64,000 nt of DNA, taken from positions 20,025,731 through 20,089,730 of the forward strand of contig NC_052166.1 of assembly GCF_902713615.1 (NCBI RefSeq). Reading direction: 5' to 3'. Of the stretch, positions 34,945 through 47,547 are shown one piece after another (positions within the stretch are counted from its first letter, which is position 1; every line of letters begins with the position of its first letter). This DNA comes from Scyliorhinus canicula (taxonomy: Eukaryota). Under the pieces are notes generated by a model that saw only the letters and a program-made list of their open reading frames with translations, was not told where the DNA came from and made no database searches. Made by a program: the position numbers and the translations under genes.

Positions 34945-36780
34945 GAGGGGGTGAGAGAGTGGGGGGGGGGGGGCGTGGGAAGGCGAGCGAGAGAGAGGGG
35001 GCAGGTAGGTGAGAGAAGAGGGCAGGTAGGTGAGAGAGAGGACGGGAAGGCGAGAGAGAGGGCAGGAAGGTGAGCGAGGGGGTGGGAAGGCGAGCGAGAG
35101 AGAGGGCGCGAAGGCAAGCGAGAGAGACAACGGGAAGGCGAGAGACACAACGGGAAGGCGAGCGAGGGGGGGGGCGGGAAGGCGAGTGAAGGAGGGTACG
35201 GAAAGGGCGAGCGAGGGGGGGTGGCGGAAAGGCGAGCGAAGGAGGGTACGGAAAGGCGAGCAAGAGAGGGAGCGGGAAGGCGAGCGAGAGGTGGTGGAAG
35301 GAGAGAGATAGAGAGAGGGCAGAAAGACGAGCGAGAGGGGGGGAGGGAAGGCGAGAGAGGGCGGGAAGGAGCGAGAGAGGGGGCGGGAAGGCGAGCGAGG
35401 GGAGGGGGGTCGGAAAGGCGAGTGAGCAGGGGGGCGGGAAGGCGAGAGAGGGGGGGCAGGAAGAGAGAGGGGGGCAGGAAGGCGAGCGAGAGAGGGGGGG
35501 CGGGAAGGCGAGGGAAAGAGGGCGGGAAGGCGAGAGAGAGAGAGGGGCGGGAAGGCGAGCGAGGGATGGGGGGGTCGGAAAGGCGAGTGAGCAGGGGGGG
35601 GGCGGAAAGGCGAGTGAGCAGGGGGGGGGCGGGAAAGGCCAGAGAGGGGGGCGGGAAGGCGAATGAGGGGGGCGGGGAAGGCGAATGAGGGGGGCGGGAA
35701 GGCGAATGAGGGGGGCAGGAAGGCGAGCGAGAGAGGGGACAGGCAGGTGAGCGAGGGGGGGTGCGGGAAGGCGAGCAAGAGAGGGGGCAGGTAGGCAAGC
35801 GAGAGAGGGAGGGCGTAAGGCGAGCGGTAGCTGGGGGGTTGAGAAGGCGAGCGAGAGAGGGGGCGTGAAGGCAAGCGAGAGAGGGGCGGGAAGGCGAGCG
35901 AGAGAGGGGGGGATGGCGAGTGAGAGGGATGGCGGGAAGGCGAGCGAGAGAGGGCGGGAAAGTGAGAGAGGGCGGGAAGGCGAGAGAGAGGGGGGGATGG
36001 CGACTGAGAGAGATGGCGGGAAAGCGAGCGAGAGAGGGCGGGAAGGCGAGAGAGGGCGGGAAGGCGAGAGAGAGGGGGGCTGGAAGACGAGCGAGAGAGT
36101 GGGGGCAGGAAGGCGAGCGAGGGGGGGATGGCGAGTGAGAGGGATGGTGGGAAGGCGAGCGAGAGAGGGCGGGAAGGTGAGAGAGGGCGGGAAGGCGAGA
36201 GAGAGGGGAGCGGGAAGACGAGCGAGAGGGGGGGATGGCGAGTGAGAGAGATGGCGGGAAAGCGAGCGAGAGAGGGCGGGAAGGTGAGAGAGGGCGGGAA
36301 GGCGAGAGAGAGGGGGGCTGGAAGACGAGCGAGAGAGAGGGGGCGGGAAGGCGAGTGAGAGGGGGGGATGGCGAGTGAGAGAGATGGCGGGAAAGCGAGC
36401 GAGAGAGGGCGGGAAGGCGAGAGAGGGCGGGAAGGCGAGAGAGAGGGGGGCGGGAAGACGAGCGAGAGAGAGGGGGCGGGAAGGCGAGTGAGAGGGGGAG
36501 GCGGGAAAACAAGCGAGAGAGCGCGGGTAGGCGAGCGAGAGGGGATGGGAAGGGGAGCGAGAGAGGGGGGGTCAGAAAGGCGAGAGAGGGGGCGGGGGAG
36601 GTGAGCGAGAGGGGGGAAGGCGAGTGAGAGGTGGTGGGCAGGTAGGCGAGCGAGAGGGGGGCGGGAAGGCGAGCGATAGAGAGGGGGCGGGAAGGCGAGC
36701 GAGAGGGGGGCGGGAAGGCGAGCGATAGAGAGGGGGCGGGAAGGCGAGCGAGAGAGGGGATGGGAAGGTGAGAGAGAAAG
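34945..36780 (+). repeat. Purine-rich imperfect minisatellite (core gggcgggaaggcgagcgagagag)
   Basis: About 1.8 kb of variant units of about 18-28 bp, almost T-free on +. Confidence 0.95.
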
Positions 36781-36871
36781 GTTCTGCACTGATATATAAA
36801 CTTACAAGACCGTCCCAACACTGTAATATCAATTAAACTTTTTTTCTAAAGTTTATCCCTCATTACAACAA

Positions 36872-37070
36872 TTTTTTTGTTTTAATTAAGGGGCAATTCA
36901 GTCTGGCCAATCCACCTAACGTGCACATCTTTGGGTTGTGGGGGTGAAACCCACGCAGACACAGGGAAAACGTGCAAACTCCACACGGACAGTGACCCAG
37001 GGCCGGGATTCGAACCCGGGTCCTCAGCGCCGTAGGCAGCAATGCTAACCACTGTGCCACCATGCTGCCC
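36872..37070 (-). mobile_element. Short A-tailed V-SINE with TSD
   Basis: TSD ccctcattacaacaa at 36857-36871 and 37071-37085. Confidence 0.9.
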
Positions 37071-37480
37071 CCCTCATTACAACAACGACCCCATTTTAGA
37101 AGCACATCATGGACTGGAAAGCACTTTGGGACATCCTGAAACTGCGAAAGGTACTACATCAATTCAGGTCTTATTTGTAATGTACTGTTTGCACAGTTAG
37201 GTCTCACAAACAGAAATGTGATAATGATTGAGTTAGCTGTTCCACTGATGTGGTTGATGGATTTGTTGTTCCGGACATGAGGGAGAAACCTCTCCTTGCT
37301 GCGTGTCACATACCAAGGGATCATTGACCCATTGGACTTCCCCAAACCAAACAGACTGACTCGAGCTGTTCCAAAGTAACCTCTTGGGCTCCATGCAGGC
37401 CCCTGCTAACACCATTTGCAAATGCTTCCTTGAACTGCGAAGCGTCAGAGAGAGAGACTGACCATCTCTTCTGCAGTTAC

Positions 37481-37550
37481 CTTCCTCAGGCAGACCCTCT
37501 TGGACACGGCGGAGTATCGCACGCTGCAATCTGCTCTCCTTGACTCCAAT
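37481..37550 (-). CDS. LRSAM1: LRSAM1 exon: IGVKESRLQRAILRRVQEGLPEE (end of SAM domain)
   Basis: cag|...|gtaac, 70 nt, phase 0 to 1. Confidence 0.9.
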
Positions 37551-38864
37551 CTGTGGGCATGAAAAAGGCATCTTCAAACGGCAATTCATCCAGGTTCAGA
37601 CAACCCTCCACTCGTACATCCCAGAACAGTGTTCTGCACCCAACTGGACATATACACCGCCCCCATCCCTGCTCCTTGCAATCTCCGCCGCGGAGAGATG
37701 CCGAGGAGAGCTTTTGCTTCTTCAGAGATAACCTCTCTCTTCAGAGGGGTAACACCAGCCGGCTCTGTCTCGAGCAGCTGGTGATTCTGGAGGTACCCAC
37801 AGATGACCTACCCTCCCTCTCACCCAAGTATGGACGGGCCAAATATCTCTTCACTCACGCAGTCAAAGATGCCTCCGTGTGAAACATACCTACGTGTCAT
37901 GGTATTAGTCACACAGCACGTGAGAAGGCTAATTGGACCTTCCTGTGTGTGCTGGCTCGTTGAAAGAACAATCTAATTCATCCCAACCCGCTGCTGATAG
38001 GCCCCAAAACATTTTCAATTCCCTTTACAGTTCCCGTTAAATCGGTCGCGTTTTCAGGCAATGCAACCAGAGAACAACTGGCTGCAGAAATAAATAATCT
38101 ACCACCTTTCAACCCTGGCCAATTAAACCTTTGTCTTACGGTTACTAATCCTGCATTCACTAGCAATATTCCCTCCCTATTTACTCCACATGTTTTTAAA
38201 CACATCTATTAAATCTCTCCTTAACCACTGTTGCTCACAGGAGAATAATCCCAGCTTCTCCAGTCTTTTCAAACACGTCCTGGCATAACCTCCTTGCTGG
38301 GAATGACGCTCCTTTAATGGGATACCCGTTACATCGCGGGGATTGATGGTAGAAATTTGCTCCTCAAAGGGGGTGGCAGGGGAAAGGGGCACAGCTTTTA
38401 AATCTCTGACTGTTTTCCGTGCTGTGGTCCTGCCGCTCACTAATGCAAGTTCTCAAAGCCCCGATAATCAGCCCCGGAGATTAGAAATTTCTTGGCTAAA
38501 TTGCAACAACGCATGAGACACGTCAACCACAGCCAGCTTCCCCACCCACACCAGGCTGGCACCAGTTAGCTGGGAAAACTGAGATACAAGGAAATTAACC
38601 ATGCTGTCAATATCAGTATTCTAGAGCAACATTCCCAGGTGCAGAACCTCAGCCTGAGCTCCTCTTTCGGACTGGGACTGGGGGGGGGGGGGGGGGGGGG
38701 GGGAAGAGTCTTCATTAGATCAATTGTCAATTAGGTTAATGGGAGGGCGTTAGTCCAGGCCATTCACATGAATTTAGCACATTAGCTAGAATGAGGCAAA
38801 CCTCACACACCGATTCCCCAAACCACGGGTGATGCCCCCTTATTTAAAGGCACACTCCCTTTAC

Positions 38865-38996
38865 CTGTCGGAGGTCCTCTACAGTCATGTAAGGCAGCAT
38901 CTTTAGGGTGACCTGATGGTGGGCAAATAGGGGCAGGTACTGATCTGCTGAGAGCTCAGCCAACAGATCCACCAGGGCCTTCTCCACACCTTCTTC
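38865..38996 (-). CDS. LRSAM1: LRSAM1 exon: EEGVEKALVDLLAELSADQYLPLFAHHQVTLKMLPYMTVEDLRQ (SAM domain)
   Basis: cag|...|gtaaa, 132 nt, phase 0 to 0. Confidence 0.95.
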
Positions 38997-39484
38997 CTGC
39001 ACAGGACAAAAGAAGTTCAAGAGATGAGTGGTTTGACTGCAATATTGTATGTGGTCAGGCAGAGGGAACAATAAACAGGCACAAAGTGTGAGGGTGGGCA
39101 GTGGACAGGCAGCAAACGGAGAACTGCTTCCAAGAGTTGCTGGAGACAGGAGCAGATATTGGCTGTTATCTGCTTTCCAAGTCCCTGCCGAACATTTCCA
39201 GACTTGACGCAAACGCACTGCAAAAGTTAGCATGTTAGCACCAGCTGGTGTCAGAATACGGGCAGCTTTCTGTTAAAGAATCTACAGTCCAGTTATATTC
39301 TTACATGACGACCCAAACTGCTTTTTAAAACGTGAATAGGGAGTGGGAACAAAGTTTTTATCCGGTTGATCCACTAACAGATGTAACAGGTTGGATTAAC
39401 ACAGTAAAATAATTATTCAGTGAAAGTTCTTCATTCAGATTAGCGTATGCTAGAGAAAGAAATGGATGTGCGTCAACAACATAC

Positions 39485-39583
39485 CCTCGCTCGGAGAGAC
39501 AAAGGTTTCTGATCCATCAAACGCTGATACTGAATCAACCAGTAATTCTCCTGATTGGTCTCGTGTTTCATTTCGAGTTCCGT
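39485..39583 (-). CDS. LRSAM1: LRSAM1 exon: [33 protein letters not shown]
   Basis: cag|...|gtatg, 99 nt; conserved [11 protein letters not shown]. Confidence 0.95.
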
Positions 39584-39639
39584 CTGAAGAAAACAAAACA
39601 TAACTCACCGACCGATTGGGTACAACATCCAGCCCAGTC

Positions 39640-40115
39640 CAGAACATCCTGAACTCTCTGGGAGAATCCACTCCAAACCCAAAACATCCCAACCCCCTGC
39701 TCCCCCCACCTCAGAGAATCCACTCCAAACCCAAAACATCCCAAACTCCCCCGGGAGAATTCACCCCAAACCCAGAACATCCCAACCCCCTGCCTCCCCC
39801 CAGAGAATCCACCCCAAACCCAAAACATCCCAAACTCTCCCGGGAGAATCCACTCCAAACCCAAAACATCCCAAACTCCCCCGGGAGAATCCACCCCAAA
39901 CCCAATACATCCCAAACTCCCCCGGGAGAATCCACCCCAAATCCAGAACATTACAACACTGCCGCTCCCCCCCACCCCTCCCACACAAAGAGACTCCTCG
40001 CCAAACATCCTCTCTCCACCGCAACCCCCCCCCCCCCCCCCCCCCCTCCAATCCCCCGAGAATCCACAGCCAGCCCAAACCCCCCCCACCCCACTGGGAG
40101 AATCCACCCCAAACC
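39640..40115 (+). repeat. About 41-bp C/A-rich minisatellite (ggagaatccaccccaaacccaaaacatcccaaactcccccg)
   Basis: About 7 close units plus diverged ones. Confidence 0.9.
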
Positions 40116-41200
40116 CTCCCATGTATATGCAAATATCAACAGGGATGGTATCTTTTACAGTGAATGTCTCCTCACAAAGTCACTCTGAACGACAGCACTG
40201 CACATATTCCATATCTGCTGTGTCAGTCAAGCTGTGAGCAGATTGTCCCATTCAGATGGAGGGCAATGGTCTGTCTGTCCCCAAAAAGCCGCACAGTTAG
40301 ATCACTTGTTCCACACCCTCTGTAAAATTACCAAAAGGGTGGGCTTGGAATAACTACTTTAATAACATGTGCCACAGAGTTCCTTAACCACACAGCTTGA
40401 ATAGACGGAGGGGCCTGGGACACGTGTCATTGAGGTACTGTAGAGGGTTGCCTTCCGTTATGCCAGCTTTTCCTCACTGGTGCAGTTTCAATGAGGCATG
40501 AATGTTTTGCACTGTGCCAAATATATGAAATAGTGTAACTAATATCATCCATATGCTCTTGAACGTTCTGTAAACACCTGCACCACCTCTACACCCACCT
40601 TGTGTTTCTTGATGGTCCCATTACCAAGCCTAGAAAGCCTTGCACCATCTCTCCTGCTTTCCAATCCCTCACAGACCTTCCCGCTTCTCTTATTCCCTTT
40701 TGCCTCACTCCTGCTTTTGCTTCAGACCGGTTCACCACTCATTAATCTTTCAGTTTTGAAACCTTGAACTCTTCTCTCCAAACATTGCTGGAGCTGCTGG
40801 ATAGTTTCAGACTTTCCTCTTTCTGTTTCGGATTTCTGCCTTTTGTTGCATTCAATGACAGATGGGTGGGAGTGGATCGTTCAGCCCCCTGTTCTTGCTC
40901 ATTGCTGCTTATTCTTGAATGCCATTCACTCATTTTAGTTCCATTACTACCATTAGCTCACAAAAAAAATCTACGGATCTCTGCTAGAAAATTAATTAGA
41001 TTGGCGATGGCTTTGACTCCAGGGTGAAGTGTTGGCGATTATAGATTAGTTATTACTGAGGGCACTTGGAGAATCCAAGAGTAGCAATATCAATGTGCCA
41101 AATGTGCACAGTGGCAATGCTATAGGCAGTGCCCCCAATCCCCCTGTTCAAATCTTATCCCGGTAAGTCACACCAGGAAGGAGCCCCCTCTCTCACGTAC

Positions 41201-41296
41201 CAGAAGATCCCGAAGCTCCTTCTCTCGCTGCTTCTTCTCTTTCAGGAGCTGCTGCAGGAGATCACTCAGTGTTTGTCGCTCTTGCATCAGTGTTCC
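41201..41296 (-). CDS. LRSAM1: LRSAM1 exon: GTLMQERQTLSDLLQQLLKEKKQREKELRDLL
   Basis: cag|...|gtacg, 96 nt; coiled coil. Confidence 0.94.
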
Positions 41297-41579
41297 CTGA
41301 CAGGTGACAAAAGAAATCATGAGAAGCGAAAGAGGACAGGCTAAGGATTGGTGCGACAGGACAGGACGTAGTCGAGGAAAGAACGTGTTCGAGGAAAGGG
41401 TGCCACGCTAGCAATGGCACCTGATGCATGAGAGAAAAATCTCAAGAACAAATGGCCGAGACGGTGGAGCAGGTGTGGAGAGTGGGTCCAGGAAACTTGG
41501 AGTGAGGGAGGATTCAGACACCCGTCAAATCAGAGGAAAGGGAAAGAGCAGAGGCAGCTCCAAGCTGTGGGGAAAGGGG

Positions 41580-43125
41580 AGGAGGGCGCGTGGGTCGGGA
41601 GGGCGCGTGGGCCGGGAGGGCGCGTGGGCCGGGAGGGCGCGTGGGCCGGGAGGGCGCGTGGGCCGGGAGGGCGCGTGGGCCGGGAGGGCGCGTGGGCCGG
41701 GAGGGGCGCGTGGGCCGGGAGGGCGCGTGGGCCGGGAGGGCGCGTGGGCCGGAGAGACGGGGGCGCACCGGGCGGAGAGACGGGGGCGCACCGGGCGGAG
41801 AGACGGGGGCGCACCGGGCGGAGAGACGGGGGCGCACCGGGCGAGAGACGGGGGCGCACCGGGCGGAGAGACGGGGGCGCACCGGGCGGAGAGACGGGGG
41901 CGCACCGGGCGGAGAGACGGGGGCGCACCGGGCGGAGAGACGGGGCGCACCGGGCGGAGAGACGGGGGCGCACCGGGCGGAGAGACGGGGGCGCACCGGG
42001 CGGAGAGACGGGGGCGCACCGGGCGGAGAGACGGGGGCGCACCGGGCGGAGAGACTTGGGGCGCACCGGGCGGAGAGACGGGGGCGCACCGGGCGGAGAG
42101 ACGGGGGCGCACCGGGCGGAGAGACGGGGGCGCACCGGGCGGAGAGACGGGGGCGCACCGGGCGGAGAGACGGGGGCGCACCGGGCGGAGAGACGGGGGC
42201 GCACCGGGCGGAGAGACGGGGGCGCACCGGGCGGAGAGACGGGGGCGCACCGGGCGGAGAGACGGGGGCGCACCGGGCGAGAGACGGGGGCGCACCGGGC
42301 GGAGAGACGGGGGCGCACCGGGCGGAGAGACGGGGGCGCAACCGGGCGGAGAGACGGGGGCGCACCGGGCGGAGAGACGGGGGCGCACCGGGCGGAGAGA
42401 CGGGGGCGCACCGGGCGGAGAGACGGGGGCGCACCGGGCGGAGAGACGGGGGGCGCACCGGGCGGAGAGACGGGGGCGCACCGGGCGGAGAGACGGGGGC
42501 GCACCGGGCGGAGAGACGGGGGCGCACCGGGCGGAGAGACGGGGGCGCACCGGGCGGAGAGACGGGGGCGCACCGGGCGGAGAGACGGGGGCGCACCGGG
42601 CGGAGAGACGGGGGCGCACCGGGCGGAGAGACGGGGCGCACCGGGCGGAGAGACGGGGGCGCACCGGGCGGAGAGACGGGGGCGCACCGGGCGGAGAGAC
42701 GGGGGCGCACCGGGCGGAGAGACGGGGGCGCACCGGGCGGAGAGACGGGGGCGCACCGGGCGGAGAGACGGGGGCGCACCGGGCGGAGAGACGGGGGCGC
42801 ACCGGGCGGAGAGACGGGGGCGCACCGGGCGGAGAGACGGGGGCGCACCGGGCGGAGAGACGGGGGCGCACCGGGCGGAGAGACGGGGGCGCACCGGGCG
42901 GAGAGACGGGGGCGCACCGGGCGGAGAGACGGGGGCGCACCGGGCGGAGAGACGGGGGCGCACCGGGCGGAGAGAGGGGGGCGCACCGGGCGGAGAGACG
43001 GGGGCACCACGGGCAGAGGAGAGAAGGGGACCATGGGCAGAGTAGAGAAGGGCACCACGGGCAGAGTAGAGAAGGGCACCACGGGCAGAGTAGAGAAGGG
43101 CATCACGGGCAGAGGAGAGAAGGGG
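41580..43125 (+). repeat. Compound GC-rich minisatellite: 17-mer (about x10), 23-mer (about x54), 24-mer (about x5)
   Basis: gggagggcgcgtgggcc; ggagagacgggggcgcaccgggc; gggcaccacgggcagagtagagaa. Confidence 0.97.
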
Positions 43126-43471
43126 ACAATGTGGGGGTTGGGACAGAAAGGAGAGTTGTGTGGACAGAGTGAAAAATGTTGACGGATGGGAGGATGAGAG
43201 TGTGGGAAACATGGGATGAGGAAACTATTGTGGTTCAATCATTGTGGTGGAAGAATAGAAAGTGCAGGATGAAGCCGCTAAACCAGCTGGAAAGGAGATT
43301 AAACCCTGTAGTGAATCAGTACCCAGACACCCGACATACTGATAACAGCACTATCACAGCCCCCAAGCTGCTACACACACGATTGAGCTTCATTCACACA
43401 CTGCGCTGCTTTCAATTGTATCCCAGTGTGACTGGCATTGTACACTTGTATCAGAAAGACTTCCACCATAC

Positions 43472-43552
43472 CTGGAGATTCTCTGTGTCACTCTCTCTTC
43501 TGTCTAACTCGATCTGTGTCAGCTGCATTAACTCACTCTCAATCAATTTGAT
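43472..43552 (-). CDS. LRSAM1: LRSAM1 exon: IKLIESELMQLTQIELDRRESDTENLQ
   Basis: cag|...|gtatg, 81 nt. Confidence 0.94.
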
Positions 43553-43886
43553 CTGAATGGTTCAAAACATAAGATACAATGTGTTGATTAGATCGATGTA
43601 GATGGGGATGAGGTCTGTTTGCAACCCAGCTGCAGACGCTGCAGAGTTAAAACAGTGACAAAAATAATCTTTGCAAATGTTTGATGGGATGGAGGATGAG
43701 GCGGTTGCTGAGATGGGGCAGGTGAAAGATGTCTGACTGCAGGAGGGACCCTTTTACTCGAAAGGCAGATCATGTGAATCAGCTTAACTTTGAAAGTTAG
43801 GGCGAATATTGCATCAATCCAGATAGCTCAACTCCAGATTAACACCACAGCTTTCACGTTGGGAATGTTAAACATGCAGAACAGTC

Positions 43887-44104
43887 GGGGCAGCACGGTG
43901 GCACAGTGGTTAGCATTGCTGCCTATGGCGCTGAGGACCCAGGTTCGAATCCCGGCCCTGGGTCACTGTCGGTGTGGAGTTTGCACATTCTCCCCGTGTC
44001 TGCGTGGGTTTCACCCCCACAACCCAAAGATGTGTAGGGTAGGTAGATTGGCCACTCTAAATTGCCCCTTAATTGGAAAAAAATAATTGGGTACTCTAAA
44101 ATAA
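43887..44104 (+). mobile_element. Short A-tailed V-SINE with perfect 17-bp TSD
   Basis: aaacatgcagaacagtc at 43870-43886 and 44105-44121. Confidence 0.92.
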
Positions 44105-44719
44105 AAACATGCAGAACAGTCAACTGAACCTCTATTCTCCCTCTGTCTCCCGAGATGTTGCTCAATGTCATTATTGCCTCTAGACCAGATTATTCCAATA
44201 TACCCTGGCCGGCCTCACAACCCCCACTCTCCATAAACTTCAGCCCATTCCAAACTCTGCTGTCTGCGGAACCTGCACAAAATCGCTGTGCCCACCACCC
44301 CTGCTCTGGCTGACTGACAATACTTCCAAACCCCCCACCCCCAAAAAAATTCTCATCTTCTGCGTTTGAAACCCTTCATGACCCCCTTCTTATTTCCTCC
44401 AGCTTTTTAATACCTACCAGCCACCCCCCCCCCCCCCCCCCCTTCCCACCCCATCCACCCCCACCTCTTACCCAGCCCTTACCCTGAATGAAAACAGTAC
44501 ATTCCTTTGACTCTGGTCCATTACACTGCACTGCCCCACCAGGTTCCATGTTTAGAGATATTCTCCCTAAACTCTCATCCGAATTCTATGACAACTCTTG
44601 AAAACGCACCTTTGGTCACTCCCTCCTGACATTTATTTCTTTAGTCTGCTGTTCATTTCACCCTCTTGCCTCTATGAAGCAGTTTGCAATGTTAAAAGTT
44701 AACAGTGCTTCATATTATA

Positions 44720-45480
44720 GAGTTTTAAAGTACAGAATGAGGCCCTTTGGCCCATCAAGTCCATGCCGACCATCAAGCAAATATCTACTCTAACCCCATT
44801 TTCCAGCACTTGGTCTGTAGATTTGATTTAGCCCTTCAGGTGCTGGTCTAAATGCTTCTTAAACGTTGTGAAAGTCCCCGCCTGTACCATTCCTTCAGGT
44901 ATCGAGTTCCAGATTCCCACCACCCTCTCTGTAAAAATGCTTTTCCCCACATCCCCTCTAAATCTCCTACCCCTTACCTTCAACCTATGGCCTCTGGTTA
45001 TTGACTCCTTCACTAAAGGGGAAATGTTACTTCCAATCCACCTGGTCTATGCCCTCAATCTTATACACCTCAAACAGGTCCCCGGTGTCTCTCTCTTGCT
45101 GCCCCCCCCCCCCCCCCCCCCAGCCCCCAACCTCCCACCTCTCGGCTTCTCTGCTTCAGGGAAAACAACCTGGTGAATCTCCTTTACACTCTCTCTAATG
45201 CAATGACATCCTTCCTATAGTGTGGTGACCAGAACTGCACATAGTACACTAGTTGTGGCTTAACCAATATTTTACACAGCTCCAATCATGACCTCAAAAA
45301 CTCTTATATTCTATGCCTCGGTTAATAAAAGCAAATATCCCATAAGCCACCTTATCTATTTGTCCTTCTGTCTTCAGGAATCTATAGACATGCATCCCAA
45401 GGTCCCCCTGGTCCACGTACTTCCTAGGATTCTACCATTCATTGTACATTCTCTTGCTTTGTTAGTCCTCTCAAATGCAT
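44720..45480 (-). mobile_element. CR1 3' remnant
   Basis: SITRGHRLKVRGRRFRGDVGKSIFTERVVGIWNSIP. Confidence 0.8.
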
Positions 45481-45750
45481 AAATGTGAGCCTCAGATAAT
45501 TTTATTAAATAGATGCAACTAACTAAAATATAGAAAGTAACTTTCTGAACCTTCCTGCTCACCAGTTTGCTCCCACCACACCTTTGGGAGACTATCTCAA
45601 CCCAGAATAGCATAAAACTATCCCATAAACAGTAGCTGATGCTGTTTATACAAATAGCTGGAAACACCATTTTACTGAGGCCATTTGTAACTCTATTTAT
45701 CAAGCAGCTCCTTTTCAGCACCCTCTGTCCGTCCGTTTCTCATGAAGACA

Positions 45751-46084
45751 GAGCGAGCATGGTAGCATGGTGGTTAGCATCAATGCTTCACAGCTCCAGG
45801 GTCCCAGGTTCGATTCCCGGCTGGGTCACTGTCTGTGTGGAGTCTGCACGTCCTCCCTGTGTGTGTGTGGATTTCCTCCGGGTGCTCCGGTTTCCTCCCA
45901 CAGTCCAAAGATGTGCGGGTTAGGTGGATTGGCCATGCTAAATTGCCCGTAGTGTAAGGTTAATGGGGGGGGATTGTTGGGTTACGGGTATACGGGTTAC
46001 GTGGGTTTAAGTAGGGTGATCATTGCTCGGCACAACATCGAGGGCCGAAGGGCCTGTTCTGTGCTGTACTGTTCTAAGTCTAAG
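45751..46084 (+). mobile_element. Long V-SINE with CR1-type tail; an older tRNA-SINE (Deu-like) remnant follows to about 46340
   Basis: V-domain; tail gggccgaagggcctgttctgtgctgtactgttcta. Confidence 0.85.
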
Positions 46085-47547
46085 AGGTTCGGTTTAGCTC
46101 GGTGGGTAGCATCCCCACCCAATAATCAGAAGGTCGTGGGTTCAAGCCCTGCTCCGGAGACTTGACCACGTTTGCTAGGCTGGCACTCCAGCTCTGGTGC
46201 AGTGCTGAGGGAGTCCTGCACTGTCAATGAGGTGCTGCCTTCCCGAGTTAAACTGAGGCTCAGTTGCCCTCTTCTTACTGACTCCAAAACACTAGGCAGG
46301 AGAACACTGCGGAAACTCCAGTGTGCCCTGTATGAACATTCAATAACGTACAAATATTCAACAACGGACTCTCTACCTAGAGAGCAATGGAGACAGGGTC
46401 ACTGAATATTTTTAAGGCAGATGTAGATGGATCCTTGACTGACATGGGAATAAAAGGGGTTAGGTAGGATAGTGATGTTGAGGCCACAATCAGATCAGCC
46501 ACAATCTCATCGAACGGCAGAGCAGGTTCAAGGGGCTGAATGGCCTACTCCTGCTCCTAATTCGTGCGTTCACCACATTGGAAAATTGCACTTCATAGAT
46601 CCTGCGACATTATTGGAAGAACTGAGAATTCTTACAAATCTGTCCTGTCTTGACATTCCTTTCCCCAGCATCGCTGTGCTGAGTGCAAAGTCCACCTACG
46701 TAACAATAGCGATGGCACTTCGACACTTTGGGTGACTGGAGGAAACACTCTATAAAAACACAAGACCATACCCGCCAATCCCCACTGTTTATGCTAATCA
46801 GTGCAGGGAACAGTAATCACTTTAATCAGAATTTGTGTTTGCGACGACAAAACCTTTTGAGAGAACAAACCCGACACAAAATGTCTGCCTTCAATAGTGT
46901 CTGTCAAACAGCAGACACTTTTTCTGAATAGGACAACATGTTTGAATGGTAATACACACGAATTACAGATTGAACTCTCAGTCTAAATACCTGGATTACT
47001 CTGACATGTCGGATATTGAGTCTCAGATCTGACCATTTGCCCATTGCGGAATCTGGTGATCTCTTTTTTTCTGTAAAGATTGAAGGTTAATTGCATATTC
47101 ACAGCATGGTCCTGTTCTTTTGTGTAAACGGAAGTGGGCAATCAAAATCCCACCCAGCAACAATGAGTTCAAGTCTGGACACTCCAGGACAGAACCATTG
47201 TTCGAGGGGCTGAGCAGAGCTCAGAGAGAGAAAAGAATCCTGTTTGAACAGGTGGGGGCTGAATGATTTGGAATGCCACTCAGGGAGGTCACTAAAAGCT
47301 GCCACAGAGACCGGCTTTCAAAAAGGGGTCTGAGAGTAGCTCCTTCTAGAGTAGAAGCAGCTACTCTAACAACAGGAATATATTCTGTAAATGCAAGTAT
47401 AATTGTTCGCCTGCCTGCGTGGAGCTGAGAGCCGTATGTTTGTTTTACGTGCTGTTTAATGGAAAATAGTGCGTTAGGATTGAAAGAAACATATAATCTG
47501 TTCTTGTTGGGCTGGAAGTTAAAAGTTTAAATATTGTTTTTCTATTG

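Noticed and set aside
34906-36821. 627 and 634 aa Pro/Ser/Leu/Arg-rich ORFs
   Set aside because: Translation of a polypyrimidine minisatellite.
41424-43238. Six overlapping 470-580 aa ORFs
   Set aside because: Products of the stop-free 17/23-mer array inside an LRSAM1 intron; no domain content.
43887-43960. tRNA genes at SINE heads
   Set aside because: A and B boxes continue into SINE bodies with tails and TSDs; I found no complete cloverleaf.
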